Shown: in pieces, positions 39,030 through 54,391 of the stretch | How positions within the stretch are numbered: position 1 is the stretch's first letter | Layout of the letters: each line of letters opens with the position of its first letter | Source of the DNA: Thalia democratica | Lineage: Eukaryota | Length of the DNA stretch: 64,000 nucleotides | Direction: 5' to 3' | Assembly (NCBI GenBank): GCA_965202585.1 | Contig: OZ241829.1 | Location: forward strand, 4,154,001-4,218,000 | Notes under the pieces: model-generated | The model's database searches: none | Told to the model about the DNA's origin: nothing | What the model saw: the letters and a program-made list of their open reading frames with translations, nothing else | Translations under genes and position numbers: made by a program

Positions 39030-42000
39030 AATTAGTAAGCTTTTAAGCAGAAATTCAATATAATAAACACTTGCCTTCAGTATAAATATAAGTAAATTAA
39101 AATTTTAAAAACGAACAAAGTAAATACCAGAAAAAAAACAATATTTTAAAACAGTTTGACTCTTTTTTTCAGTCGTTAGTATTTATTAGTGCTACAAAAA
39201 TGTTGAACTACTTTATTTTTTTTAATGTAAAAATTCTCTTAGTTAAAAAAAAAGTAAAACTAAAGACTGATGGTAAGTCTTAACAACTTTTTCATCAAAA
39301 ATAAGCAATAGGATATACTTATGAATTTCCTTTTAATTGAAACTTGTCAGAATGGTTTAACATTTTTACACTAATTACAATTTATCTAGGTGAATATATA
39401 CATTTTTAGCAAAACAATATTTAAATAAATGTTTTAAATGTATAAAATACTTTAAGCATATTTGTAATTATCGAAAAATTTAATTATGTAAAACTAGCCC
39501 AAATTTTTAGATGCATAATAAAAAATTTCATAGATTTAGTGTACATACAGATATATACAGATATATGATTAAAATCAGCTAGGGTCGTTTTACAGTTAAC
39601 TTTACCTAAAACAAAGAAATTCTGTTCGATATAGTTTTTTTCAAATTAGGAGCTTCATACACTTTTTCGATATATAAACTTAGTGCATTATAAACAGTTA
39701 AACTACAGCAGTTTTTTGCAATAAAGTTGCTTTGATTAATAGCTATTTACTTTTAAACTTAATTATGTTTATAGTTTGAAATCAATCAATAGTAACTTTT
39801 AAATTTCTTAATATTTTTAGTAAAACTTTCAAAACATAAGTAATTTATTCATATCCGGTCTTACGAATGTTTTTATATTACTTAAACTGATCAATAAATA
39901 ATAACAAATAAAGAGATTTTCATTGAGTCGTTATATAAAAAACTCTACATTGTAAACGATGTTAATTAAATTAAACAAATGATAATTATTATAATTTATA
40001 TCTAAAATGTTTTATTTCAGTTTGTCGGTTCAGTTTTTTTTAACTTAATTGATTTTTCTTAGTGATTTAGACTTTTTATACATAAAAATAGTTTTAGAAA
40101 TTATTTTCTAATTAAAAAATTATGACGTATTACCAAAAGTTATTTTGACGAAATATCAATATCAAGCATTATAAATATTTAATTTTAAGCACATCTAAAA
40201 TAATGCTTAGTTGGTGTTTTTAATGACTGGTTCTTAGGTATAAGTGTTTGAATAACTATTAGGCCAAAAAAACTAAAGACTAAGCAGGTAAAAAATACCC
40301 TGTGAATAAATACAAACTAATTTACCTATATTTAACACTTTTTTTTCTTTAAATATTTTTATTTACTATAATTTAAATTGCATTCTATGTGTCTAACTAT
40401 AAAAGCTTTTACTCTATCAAGTTTTTTATTAAGCTACTTATTAAGATTTAGCTGAAGTAAATGCAGCAGCATATCAGTATAATAACATGATATTCGACAC
40501 TAATGATTCAAAATTACTGCTTTGTAAAGAATAATTTCGAGTAGCGATATCAAGCATAAACAATAACAAACTAGTATTTATGATGTCAGTATTTTTAGAA
40601 ATTTATAACTTTACTTTTAAAATATGCTACTTTACTCAAACTATTCTTAAAAACTTGATTAGTAACATATTTTAGTAGTATAGTACCAACTTTTAAGTAA
40701 AATATATTCTTTTGGTGATTTTTAGTACTGCCTTTTTTTTTGTGTGTTCTATCACACTAAATAAGTACAACTAAACCAAAGTTTTTATCCTGATTAAAAT
40801 TTCTTTAAATGCGTATTAAAATTAGTGTTAATAAATTTTAGCTGAAGCGGGCACAAGTAAGGTAAAGTTAAAAGTATTTTGAAATATCAAACAAACTTTA
40901 AAAAGTAATTAAAATTCCACTTTATCATCATATAAAGTATGTTATTGACAAATTATTTTATTAATTTTATAGTTTAAATATTTGAATAAATGGTAATACG
41001 AATAGTAAAGCAATAATTATAAACATTTTTTTTAATAGTAAATTAATTTTTGTGTGCTAAGTTGAGTTAAGCTACTAAATTTTTTAAAGTTAAAAAAAAC
41101 TGTTTTGTATTAAGCACTAAGTAATTGATAAAACTTTGGAGGTTTATTTAAATTCTTAAGCTTAACTTTTGTGGAAGATGTATGCGATTTTTAAGTATCA
41201 TAATAAGGTAGTTTTACATTTTTTACAGTTATTATGTTTTGTTTAACTAGAATGAGTTTATCTAAACTCTTAGACTAAAATAGATGTTATTTAATACTTT
41301 TATTCTTTTAGAATTTAAGTTAATTTTAACTTAAGTTAAAAATAGTTTTCAAAAATGAAATAAAATACAGTAGTATTTTAATAAAAAATCTGTTTTAGAT
41401 TTTTTTCATTTTTATTAAACTTTTAACCTTAGGTTTGTTTTTAGAGTTCTATATCAAAAAATACTTAATTGTCAATTTACACTATATATATCAATTAGTA
41501 CTGTATTTCAACCACCATATTCATATTTTGTAAGAATTTAAAATAGACTTTAAAAATTTCTTATTTTAGATTTTCAAAAACGATTATGAAAATAGTGATG
41601 TGTGATAAAACAACTTTGTAAATTAAAAATTAAGTAATAGTTCTTTTTTCTAAAAACTTTGCTTTTAATACGTTTTCTATATTATACACCAAAAATTAGG
41701 ATATTTAATCGAACTAAAACATTCGTAGAATTTTTATTTGGGTATATTTAGTACAAACATAAAAATCATTTGTAAGTGTAAAATTGTTTAAGATGTCGAA
41801 TATACTTAAAGTAGAATTAAAACATGTTTTAATAGATTTTGTTAACAAGTTTTACGTATTTGTTGTATACATAAATGAGTTTTTTTGAATGTTTTATTGC
41901 TTATAAAACAATTAAATTTTTTTTTATAATTAAAAACCTATTAATAACATATTCAAACAATTTTTCTTTGTTCCAACCTTAAATTATTTTTAGCAATTTT

Positions 42001-45000
42001 AAAATGCCCTCAAAAAACTAAAAATAAAAAACAATGCTAAAAGTTAGCTGCAAAATAAAAGAATAAAAAAGTATTCAACATTTGAAGTAATTTATTAAAT
42101 TAAAAATGTTGTATTGCTTTTTTAACAATAAAAAAGGTGAATAAAACTACAGTTAAATACTGTTAACAGATAAATAGTTTTCATTAATTGAACATAAGCT
42201 TGCTTAAATTAAATTATCTAGTGTTCTTAATTTTGTTCCCAGACAAGTCTACATAAAGTTTTTAATCTTAGATTTAAATATCAATTAAAAAAAAGAAATT
42301 GTATGTAAGTAAGACTTTAAGTCCAAACAATTTTTTTTTTGGTTCACTAATAATTTGCATTTTCTTTAAAAGTTTAGTTTAAAAAAGTAAGTATATAAGA
42401 AAATGTTCGTTTAGTATCATATAAACTTAAACTAAATAATTAGTTTAGTACTGTATATTTTTTTTAGATTGAATAAAAATAAACAGATTAATAAATTTAA
42501 TTTTTCAAAAGATTTGTAGCACAGCATACTCAATGTAAAATACCTTTTTAACTTGGCTAAAAGAAAATTTTTAATCAATTTTAAGATCAAAAAGATCATA
42601 TGTTAATAAATAAATATTTTACTAGCTATATTTTAATTAAGTGTAGAATACACTGTTCATGTTTTTAATTCTAGAAACGTTTAATTAAAGGTAGAAAATT
42701 TTTTTAATTTTTTTTTGTTTTAACTGTACTTAAAATTTCAACCATTTCAAAATAAGTCAAGCATAAAATCCAAAAACGTATTAAAAAATGATAGCTATTA
42801 AATATAGCCCAATGGTTTTTGTAGAAGAACTTAAATTTCTGTTGTATATGCGGTTAACAGATAAAAAATTTTCTAATAATTTAAAACCTGTTTTTTCGCA
42901 AGGCAGTCTGATATTAATTGCTTAATAACTTTCTTTTAGTGGTTAGCTGATTAATCCGATCAATTATTAAGTATTAGGTTTAATTTGTTTACTAATTAAC
43001 TTTTTAACCTTTGTCTGCTTAGCTTCCGGTTTATTATTCGTGTTAGTACATAAATTAGTATGATAGATAAGATTCTTAGTATATTTAAATCTATATTCTA
43101 ATACGTTAAATTTTTTGTGAATAACCGTTGATTGTAAGACTTTGTCATGACTCATTGAATTTATCAGATAAATGCATTTGTATAAAACTGCAGATTTTCA
43201 AAGCCAAACAAGAAAGTGGTTTTAATAATTTATATATACGAAAACTACCAGATTAACTAAACATTAGGATTTTTTAAACATTTATTAAAGATTATGATTA
43301 AACAATAAACTGTTGTAAGCTATTTAAGTTAATTTACACTTAATGTACAACGATTTGGATTGTTTAAATATTACGTAAAGAAAAAAAAATCTTAAAAAGT
43401 TTTCCTATGCTCAACAATCCACCTTTTTAATCATATAAAAAGATTAACTGCCTTTGTTTTTAAGAATAATAAGTGATTATTATCCTATGGTGTTGCCATT
43501 TAGAATAACTTTACTGATATTTAGTAAGAACTCTGTTTTAGATTAGTAATTAATAAACTAGTTTATTAAGTTATATTTTAACAGGTTTTAACTGAATTGT
43601 TTTTATAATATTCTTAAGTTAAAAGCTTGAGCATTCAGTTTTGGAAAATATTCTAAAACTAGATTTAATTGAGAGATTTTGATAAATAACTTTGATGAAA
43701 GCATTTGCTATTTGTTTAAGGGTTATTCAGTAACTTTTTGTACATTATATAAATAAAGAACGTTTAAATACTTATATTGTAGTGAAAATTACGAGCTTAT
43801 ATGTTTATTTTGGTAAAAAAAGTAAGAAAAAAAACTAAGTTTTAAAAGTAAGCTTTTAGATTTTTAGTTTTTATGGGTTTCATAAATGGTGTCGTAATAT
43901 GTATAAAGCCGTAAGTGTTTTATCAAAATCCGTTAGAATACTAAAACATCAAAACAAGTACATTTAACACCTTTGGTAAACATCATTTATTTTAGTAAGT
44001 CTAATGACAAACTAATTATTAAGCTTTATATGAAGTAGATGCAGCAGAAAATCTGTCTAGTACTATGATATTCGACACTAATGAGTCAAAATTACTGCTT
44101 TAAAATAAATAACTTCAAGTAGCGATACTGAATATCAACAACAACAACAACAAATTAATTGTCAGCTTTTTTACCAAAAGTTATTCAAACTGTTTACAAA
44201 CTAGATATAGTTTGTATTTACATGCATTTACATTTCAAAACGTTTTGAGTTGGTAAGAAAATTATCTTTGTAAATTAATATATGATTTTTTAATTTTCTT
44301 GATTTGTAAATATTCACTTTATAGTTTTGTTATTAAGTTTCTAACAACTATTTTAAACAGAAAATAAAAGATTGTAAATAGCAAACTTTAAAGATAGAAA
44401 ATTTAGATTGTTTTCTTTGAATAACCCAAAAAGTTTATAATTGAGTTCATTTGCAAGAGTTTGCTTTTGAGGAAAAACGTATTTTAAATACATTTTTAAT
44501 GAAGATTGTGGGAAAGCAAAAAGGAACTATAACCAAAAGCTTTTAATATGATATTAACTTAAGGTTTATCCAATATCAAAAATATGTTAATAGTATTTTA
44601 TGTAAAACAAAAAGTTAATTTAGTTTAGTTCAAAATACCAAACTGAGTTTGTCTAAACTTTTAACAAGAAAATATATATGATATAAAGTAAACAAGTTAT
44701 GTTAATCTTGAATAATCAAGAATTAAAATAATGTCTTACTAAATACTTAAAAGTGATATTTTTAGCATATGTAAAACCATCAGTAATTAATCTTTTACAG
44801 TTGATTTTAGTAAAAAGTAAACTTTTTACGTAAAGATTTTTTTGCATTTTTTAAACTATAAAAAATTTGAACTTTACTGGTAGTCTCTTTTGATTAATTT
44901 CTAAAATGTATTGGTAAAGTGGGTTAGGGATAAGGTTATAAATATAAACAAACTAAAATAACTTAAAATAGTTTGCCGACTCAGCAAATGTGTAAATCAA

Positions 45001-46324
45001 ACTAATCTTAAAATATACCTCGCCATCACTTTAAAATATATTTTTATTTTTTTTTCGACATTTAGTTTTAACAAAAGTTGTACAAAGTGAGTTTATTTAA
45101 ACTTTGCTTAAACTATTTAAAGAAAAATAATAAAGTATAAAGATTTATTTCAGTAATACAGTAAATATTATAATTTTTATGAAATGGGATATTAAAAAAT
45201 TTAATAACATACAAAATTAAAGTGCAAAGTATTATCTTAAACTGTTTTCAGTTCAAAGTATTCTTTTGGCGTATAGCCTGTCTAATATTAAGTTTAGAAG
45301 TTTAGATATTTACCACATATTAAAATAGGTCAGTTTACATTCAAATTTTCTTAGAAATTTGTCACTTTTTATACAACTCTTGTGTACTGAATATTATATG
45401 CCCACACTTTAACTTTTTAATTTTTTTCCTTTTCCTCTCTCGCTTCAATGTGCCGAAGGTCTGCACGAAGTCATCCGAACTTGAAAAAGAGGTAGCCGAC
45501 ACGCTTGACTGATTTCATCGCACTTTAAATGTTCAAACTCGGCGCTTTTTTTACCGTTTCTCGTTTTTATCTCTGTTTCAAATCGGATTTTTATGTGTTT
45601 ATTTGAACGGACGTAATGGAGCTTCTTGTTGCTGATTGATTGATTTGAAGCCGATTGTTTTCTGTTTTTGCCCAACAAACATGAGTAACTCGACTCCCGT
45701 CTTTCTTTGAGGTAATTGGATCACTTTGGTGGGTATCACACGGGGTACGCTAATATTTGAAAGAATTTTAACAAAGTTTAAATAAACAAACATCCATCAA
45801 AACTTTGTTGCGTGAAAAACGAACTTTTTATGTGTTTTGAGGCTCAATCTTGTGTAGTGCCAATAAAATAATTTCAAGAATGCAAGTAATTTCTAAAAAT
45901 TGCAGTTTTCACGTTATAATATAATTTCACGTTTAAATTAATTTGAAAAAGTTTAATTTCACGTTATTACATAAGTTTCAAGTTTCAACAGACTCGAGTA
46001 TTTACATATGAAAAAGTAACTTAAAGTATGCAAGTTTTAATCAATTTTGAAATGTAACATTTTCACAATTTAAGAGAACTTCATGTTTCAAACTTTTTGA
46101 GACAACTATATTTTACTAATTTCTGAAAAATATAGTTTTATTATTGTTCTTGAGTTTCTACGCTTAGAAAAAAAAATCACTTAAACTATACAGTGGTAAT
46201 AAAATTCAAAGACCGTTTAATAGCTTAAAGCTTGCATATATACAATTAGCAACACTTTAAACCATTTATTGGACCTTTTAAAAGTTTCAAACCAATCTAG
46301 TATATTTTGCTCGTTAAAAGAATC

Positions 46325-46665
46325 ATTAACTTTAACAGCCAGCCCATTATCCAGACTCCGGCACGCTCAAAAACCAACAAAAAACGTTTTCTCATCAATC
46401 CGCATAATTACCGTCAATTATGACGTCACTAACGAGTCTCGATAGCGGAAATGAGATTTTCTATATTTTCTTACCAACTTGTGCGTAGCAACGAGCCAAT
46501 AATCATTTCGCAGGTAATCGGTTGCCATGACAACGGTTTTGTGGGAGCCATTGGTTGAATCGGATTAATTCGGATGCTGATTGACGGATGGTGAGTTGTT
46601 TGCGGATAAGTGAAGAATTGTTTGTTCTGTTGTCTGTTTGTGGTTGTCACCAGTAGCTGATACAA
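46325..46665. promoter_or_regulatory. Conserved cis-regulatory module, copy B
   Basis: TGACGTCA at 46421, X-box at 46521-46534; CCAAT and GGATTA intact. Confidence 0.55.
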
Positions 46666-49600
46666 CAAATAGAGAATTGTATTTTTTTTAAAGATGATTT
46701 TAACAGGGTATTTTATTGTACATATTTTGTTTGCTTTTTTCTAAGCTGTTAAAAACCACAATCCCCAAAATATTAAAAATAAATTATATTTAACAAACAT
46801 TTTTTACATACATACTATTTATATTTGTTGCGATATTCAAAAGTTGAGTATAAAAATACAAAATAGAAGGTATAAAACTAAGCTATACAAAATAGTATAA
46901 AATGTACTTAAATCATAAAGCGTCTACTAATGTTACATAAATAAAGTTAACTTTAATAGCTTGAGTAACAATACGTTTAAAAAAAAAATTTAATTAAAAC
47001 TTTTACTGATGTTAAATTTTTTTAGTTAAAAAAAACACAACATTATAGGATAGAAAAAGAGTTTCAAAGTCTATGATAAACTGTGTAAACTTTTTTTGCT
47101 AAATGTGATTTTTTTTTGCAACAAACGTTCCTATTCTAGTACTTAAAATGCACGTAATTAGAATGTTAAACACTTGAAACTTAAAATAAAAGAGATTTAA
47201 AAATATTGATAATTATCATAAAACTTGAAAAGTGATTGTTCTAAATACAATGTAATTAAAAAAAAAACACAATTTTGTACATTTATATGGAATGAAAAGG
47301 TCAATGAAGTAGATAAATTACACATATGTTAGAGTGAGCAACTTTTCTGTAAATAGCACAGATGCTAGACACAGGTGGCAAAAATTTAAATTTGAAAAAA
47401 GACGTGTGTATTACAGTGAAAACTTATTAAAAAAATGAGAGTAATACATATTAGTAGAAATGGTTAAATATTTTATGTGTATCTGTTTTTAATATTTTCA
47501 CCTATGCATAGTAAAGCAACGTTTGAAATTAAAAGTTCAAACTTGATACAAATATTAAACTTATTTATCAATACTTAAAAAAATAAGTACATATTAGTTT
47601 TTTATTTATTACGGATTTACATAACAAAAAAAAATTGAAAAGTTTAACGGACTATGAAGTTAAAAAAATTATTGGGCGTGTTTTTTTATTTTTGTCTTAC
47701 AAAAAATATTATAAAACTCCTTATAAACCATTTAAGCAAACAACTAAAATATAAATATGTATTTTTTTTCTAATAAGAAATTACATATACCCTTTTACAA
47801 AAAAGTAAGCAACTCTTTTTATCATTATTTATTATTGCTGCTTTCCAATTATTTAGTTTTAATACTTTAAAGATTAACTAAACAGGTTTAGTTAAAATTC
47901 GTCAAGCAAAGCTTTTAGTTTCAAATTCTATTTGTTATCGTTTTAAAGTCTGTACTTATAGCAACTTATGTTGATGGCTAGTTCGACTTCCTATTAAGAA
48001 GTTTTACTGCTTGATTTTAGCTCCAGGGTTAGACAGTGTGTGATTAATTTACATAACAGACTAAAGTACCTGAAAACATTGTCATGTCTGTTTTAATAAC
48101 AAAATATTTGAGAAGCCAAAACTTTCAAGTTGTATTTTACAAAGTCTTTTACAGCAGTATTTGAAAATTTCAAATTCCTTGAATGTATTTTGATCGTATT
48201 TAGCAGATTACATAACTTTTGACTTAAGAATTAATATTATCAATTGTATATTGAGAAAGAAAATGAATATTTTGTGTTATGTTGACTTTTTATATTATCG
48301 ATTTGTTTTGAAGATGTTTTACATATGCTAATATTTAAAACATCAAATGTTTTAACACACAATATATAATTTCGATATTAAGTTAGTAAAACATTAGTTT
48401 TGATTTTTAGTTTAAATCTTTTTAAACTAATCAGAACAACATTAAAAAAAGTTTAAAACTCATTAATACTTCTAAAGTAATAGCAAATTAATTAATTTTG
48501 AAAGTTAATATCCGTTAATTTTACAGCTGTAAGTAAGAATAATCTTCAACAGTTGAAATGATAGTAACTGAAAAACCTCATTGAAAGCATGACAACTTAA
48601 GTGAGTCAGACCGAATGAAGTATTTGTATGATGCAATATAAAATGCTGTCATACATAATACTTGAATGTTGTGTTTGTAGCTCAATTGACTGACTTGATA
48701 CAACTACTTTGTACTTTTTAGTTTAACTTTTAAGTTGTTTCATTTCTTCAGTGTTTTAGTAGATGAACTTTATTTTTAATTTTGTTAAAATGCACTAATT
48801 TTATGCCATTATAGTGTTTTAGGAAAAATATAGTTTACTCATGTTTAAATACATTGATTTAATTATAATGTATTTATTTTGTGTGTAGCTTGATTTAACA
48901 GCAATGTGGTACCAACCTCTATCAATAAAAATAAGCATTTTTAAATATAGTACTTTAATTGAAAAAAAAATATTAGCTGATTTTACAATTTATATATTTT
49001 AAGACTCTAAATAAATATATTTAATTCGTAAGTCACATATTGTAAATTAAAACAGACTGGAATAAAATTGTCTTTTTAACTATTTGTGGTAAATGTTTCT
49101 TAAATCAAAAAACATTTTTTTGCCAATAAATTGAGTATATAGTTTTACATTAAGTATTAATTTATACGAGTAAATAAAGTTAGAACAACTTATATTTTTT
49201 ATTTACACTATTTTATTCGGTTACTTAAATGTCATTAATAAAAGTATAATAAACTACAAAGTACTACATTATTACACGCAGTAGATGCTTAAGAATGTTG
49301 CTGACATAAACAAATTATCAGCATTTTATATCAGCTACAATTAATTGCTTACATCTGTTGCTCCTTTAATGTTTAGCTTCAAGTACAGCCAAAACATAAA
49401 TCAACAAAATACAATAAAACTGTTTGAATAATCCAAACTTCAAAAGTTTTATGATATTTTATGCAGATTTAGTTTGATATTAAGATTACCTAAAACAACA
49501 AATTTATTTTTTTTCAAAATTAAAAAACTTTTACTAAAATCAATCTGCTAGCATCAATGAAATAGTCGGCTATAAAAGTTTTACTAAAAGTTTTTTAAAA

Positions 49601-52600
49601 TTGTATGTATTTAAAAACAAATTGATTTTATATTTTAAAAGTTTTACATACTTGTATGAACCGTATACATTATAACTTGGTTAATTTTTATATTACGTAA
49701 AAACCTAGGTTGTCAGTTTAACCATATCTGACAGTTAGTAAACTTTACAATGATGTATCATAAACTGATAAATCAACAACACTAAAGTTCATGCTTTTTT
49801 ATTAATTATGCTTGTCAGTTCATCTTGTATTTTTGCTGAGGTTAAAAAATTACAACAAGGTACCAGTATGAAAGGCATAACTAATAACTGGTAACAAATT
49901 GTTGTTATTTCAAACAGTGAAGCAGTTTAAAATGCCTTATTAATATCAACACGCTTAAAACTTGTTTCGCTTGATAATACCTTGTAAAACTTTTCAACAT
50001 TCGACAAGTTCTGTGTTCATGTTTTACAGTATTTTATTTTATAATGGATTTTCTTTTGCTTCTACAAATAAACCATTTAGAGGAAACTAATTTTTATACG
50101 TTACTTATTAATTTTTATCAATTTCATATTTCACTAACTTTAAATCAACTTAATAATTTGTTTCTCTTTTTTATAAACAAGCTACAAACTTCTAAGTTTT
50201 CTAAGGTTAACTATTAGTATAAATTACGACAAATCCTTTACATATTTTAATAAACTTCCAGGTTTTAAAATCTTAATCACGAGATAATAGGAAAAAAGAA
50301 GAAAAAATAGCAATTCATAAAATTTTAGCTTTTTCTCAATCAATTTATTCTCACTTTTCAGCTTTTCAGTTAATTTACAAAAAGGTCACCTAATCTGATC
50401 GATGACCCAGCGATTCGGCTTACAAGTTAAGCGGAGCATTTCGACCATAAAACTTTTCTCAATCTTATGGACGAAACTTCACTAACACGCTTTATCAATT
50501 TGCATGTTGATGTGGTTTGTTCGGATTATCTACCTTGCTAACTGATTCAGCAGTCGGTAGTAAAAACAAACAGAGTTAGTGAAAACAAGCATTAATTTAG
50601 TACAAACATTATTAGTAGCATAAGGATTTGTCGACACAACAAATTTGAGCAGACACAGCGATCGGTATCAGCAAAAAAATATATTCTATTTTCCATAAGA
50701 ACAATTTCATGTTGACGGACAGCAGAATTACGCGCTTCTCTCATATTTGGAAGCTATTCTCTCGTTTTTAGTTATCTCATTTTTAGTTCTCTCGTCATTT
50801 TCAACTGCTTTTTTGATGTTTACGGCTTTTTACGGTCTATCAGTCCCGAGGTCTTAATGGACTTTTTGCAGCTTGGCAACAAAAAATGGTTCCCATTAAT
50901 TTTCTGTAGCGGATTCAATTAGATATCTTTCTAAACGGTTTTACTGGACGACAATTAGCAAAGTTGTTTTTGAACATGATGAGTCTAAAGCGTATCGTAA
51001 GTTCTCCAAATATTATACAGTATATTAATTTTAGTTATGTCTATTTTAGCAGCTATTCTGGGAAAAAATACCTGATTAATGAAGTTCATTAGACATTTAA
51101 TCATTGACTAAGACTTAAATATTTTTAACATTTGAGAAAAAAGTCCAGATGTTTCAAAATTCCTAGTAGATCATTCAACGTTTTCCATTCATAAATTTCA
51201 ACTTGTAAACTTTATGTCTGCCTAATGAGGCTTATAGAGAGGGCAAATAAAATCTAATGTTTTAAGCTTCCTCCTAAAACTAATTGGTTTATTCTTTCTC
51301 TAAAATGAAGCTTTCAAAACACTTATTTTAATGCTGTTGCTAGTTGCTTAAAAACTCTCAATTATAAGTTTAATTAAGTCAGGTTGTTAACAGAACAATT
51401 TTCTTTTTTAAGTTTTAAACTGGAAGTGATCATAGATAATTGAAATGTTGATTAATTTGATACTTGTAACTAAGTTGTTTTGTACTAGTTTCTTGTTTTA
51501 TTTGTAATTAAGTAGATTGTTAGGCTTCTTAACATGCTTGTTAGCTACTTAACTTATGTGTAGCTTTATACATCATTTATGGTAAGTTTTTTTTTCTTAG
51601 GATTTTTAAGCTAGTTTGAAAAATTTTTTTTTTTAACCATTTCTCTTTTAATTTTAAAATTGGAACTTTTATTTTTTACTTAAAAGAACAACTCGAATGC
51701 AATAAATAACCAAAGATTTACGTTTGCTTTAATTTAAAGAGATATAAAAGAATACTAAAGCTTGTGTAAAAACTTGTCCTCATTTTAGAAGTTATATTTG
51801 TAACTAATCGACGTTTTTGTCACGATAATAACCTGCTGGTGACATCTAAAATTTTTCATGCGGAAAAAATATTTTAAATTCCCCACACACAAAATTAAGT
51901 ATCTCACGAGCGAATGTGTCATTAAAAACCACCTTAATTTGAATGAACTCGATATAATGCCCGTGAAAAACAAATACAAAAAAATTAATTTACTTCCTAT
52001 GAACTCGTAAAAAAATGTTGCAATAAGTTTAATTGATTTATGGTAACCTGTTTATTTTATATAACGTATTAAGTATATTTTTTTAAATTACAGTTTTACT
52101 AGTTTAAAAAGTTATAAACATATGTATATAAGTTATAAAAAACAAATAAATAAAAATATAATGTTATGTATTATCATTAAAATGGTGTTTTTAAAGGCTA
52201 AATAAGAAATTTAGAACGTTGCTAAACATTTTAACCAATTGGCTTACATTTCGACGCGATAATGTAAAAAGTATTCTTAAAAACTTTACCAATTTAAATG
52301 ACGTCTTTACTGTATTATATTACGTTTTTTCGTATTTAAAAACATAATAATTTCTCACTTCTTTAAATTTTTTAACCCGAATTTTAATACTTTAATTATT
52401 ATTAAGACTATTTGTTTTAAGAATTGAAAAAAAAACTTATTTTTTCTTAAGCATTGATAAAATCAATTAAACAAAAACAAACATAGCTAAAGTTAATAAA
52501 AACTATTAAAGATGCTTCGATACAGTCATGTTAGATAGAGTTTTTTTCAAATTAAGAGCTTCATACACTTTTTTGACATATAAACTTATTACATTATAAA

Positions 52601-54368
52601 CAGTTATACTACAGCAGTTTTTTGCAATAAAGTTGCTTTGATTAATAGCTATTTTTTAACTTAATTGTGTTTATAGTTTCCAATCAATCAATAAAAAGTT
52701 TTAATTTTTTTAATTTCTTTAGAAAAACTTTAAAAATGTAAGTAATTTATTCATATCCGGTCTACAAATGTTTTTATATTACTCAAACTGATCAATAAAT
52801 ATCAACAAATAAAAATGTTTTCATTAAATCTTTATATAAAAAACTCTTCATAATAAACGATGATAATTATATTTCACCAGTAATAATTATTTTAATGTAT
52901 ATATATAAAGTCTTTTATTTCAGTTTGTCCGTTTATATGTATTAACTTAATTTAATTTTCTTAGTGATTTAGATTTTTAATACAAAAAAATAGTTTTGAA
53001 AACTTTTTTTTAATCAAAAATTTATGACGTAGTAGCAATAATTTTTTTGACGAAATATTAATATAAAGCATTATAATAATTTAATTACCAACACATTTAA
53101 AATAATGTTTAGTTGGCGTTTTTTATGACTGGTGCTTAGGTATAAGTGTTTGAATAACTATTCGGCAAAAAAATTTATAAAGGGCCAACTTAACAGGTAT
53201 AAAATACCCAGTGAATAAACACAAACTAAATCAAACATTTTTTACACTTTTTTTTTTCTTTAAATGTTGTTATTTATTATAAATTAAATTTCATTCTCTG
53301 TGTCTAACTGTAAAAAACTTTTACTCTAACAAGTTTTTACTCAAGCTACTTATTAAGCTTTATCTGAAGTAAATGCAGCAGTATATCAGTATAATAACAT
53401 GATATTTGACACTAATGACTCAAAATTACTGCTTTGAAAATGAATAATTTCGAGTAGCGATATCAAGCATAAACAACAACAAACTAGTATTTTTGATGTC
53501 AGTGTTTTCAACAAGTCATAAATTTATTTTCAAAAATGCTACTTTATTTTAACTACTCTCAAAAACTAGTATCACTTTTAAAAAATTATATTCTTTTTGT
53601 TATTTTTAATACTGAAATCTTTTTTTTTTGTGTTTCTATCACACTAAGTAAGTATAACTAAACCAATAATGATAATATATTTCTTTAAATATTTATTAAA
53701 AGTAGTGTTAATAAATTATAGTTGAAACGGGCCTAATCAACGTAAGGTTAAAAGTGTTTTGAAATAATAAAAAAAAACTCAAAATTTAACTAAATTTCCA
53801 GTTAATCATTACTGTAAAGTATATTATTGAAAAATTAATTTGTTATTTTAAAGTTTAAACTTTTTGAATAAATGGTAATACGAATAGTGAAGTAATAATT
53901 CTAAACATTTATTTATAGTAATAAATAAAGCTTTCAGTTTTCAGTTAGTATAAGCTACTAAAATCTTTAAAATTAAGAAATATAGTTTTATATTAAGCAT
54001 CGAAAAACTGATAACATATTTTAGCTTTATTTAAGTTCTTCAATTTAATTTTTGTGTAGGATGTATGTGATATTTAAATATCATAATAAGGTAGTTTTAC
54101 AATTTTTACAGTTAATATGTTTTGTTCAACTAGAATGAGTTTATCCAAACTCTTAGACTAACATAGATGTTATCTAATACTTTTATTCTTTAAGAAACTA
54201 AGTTAAATTTAAACTTAAGTATAAAATAGTATCTAAAATGAAATAAAATACAATTACAGCTTAATAAACTATCTGTTTTAGGTATTTTTATTTTTTAGTA
54301 AACTTTTAACCTTAGGTTTGTTTTGAGAGTTCTATATTAACAATAAAAACTTAATAGTCAATTTAAAC

Positions 54369-54391
54369 TATATATATATATATATATATAT
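54369..54391. repeat. (TA)n microsatellite in duplication copy B
   Basis: About 11 TA units; the homologous site in copy A (near 41482) has only about 4-5. Confidence 0.9.

Larger units (their letters stand above)
28530..45360. repeat. Segmental duplication copy A (about 16.8 kb), immediately upstream of Gli
   Basis: Collinear with copy B; anchors 28801/45620, 29694/46521, 33916/50711, 39630/52535 and 44620/57517. Confidence 0.93.
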
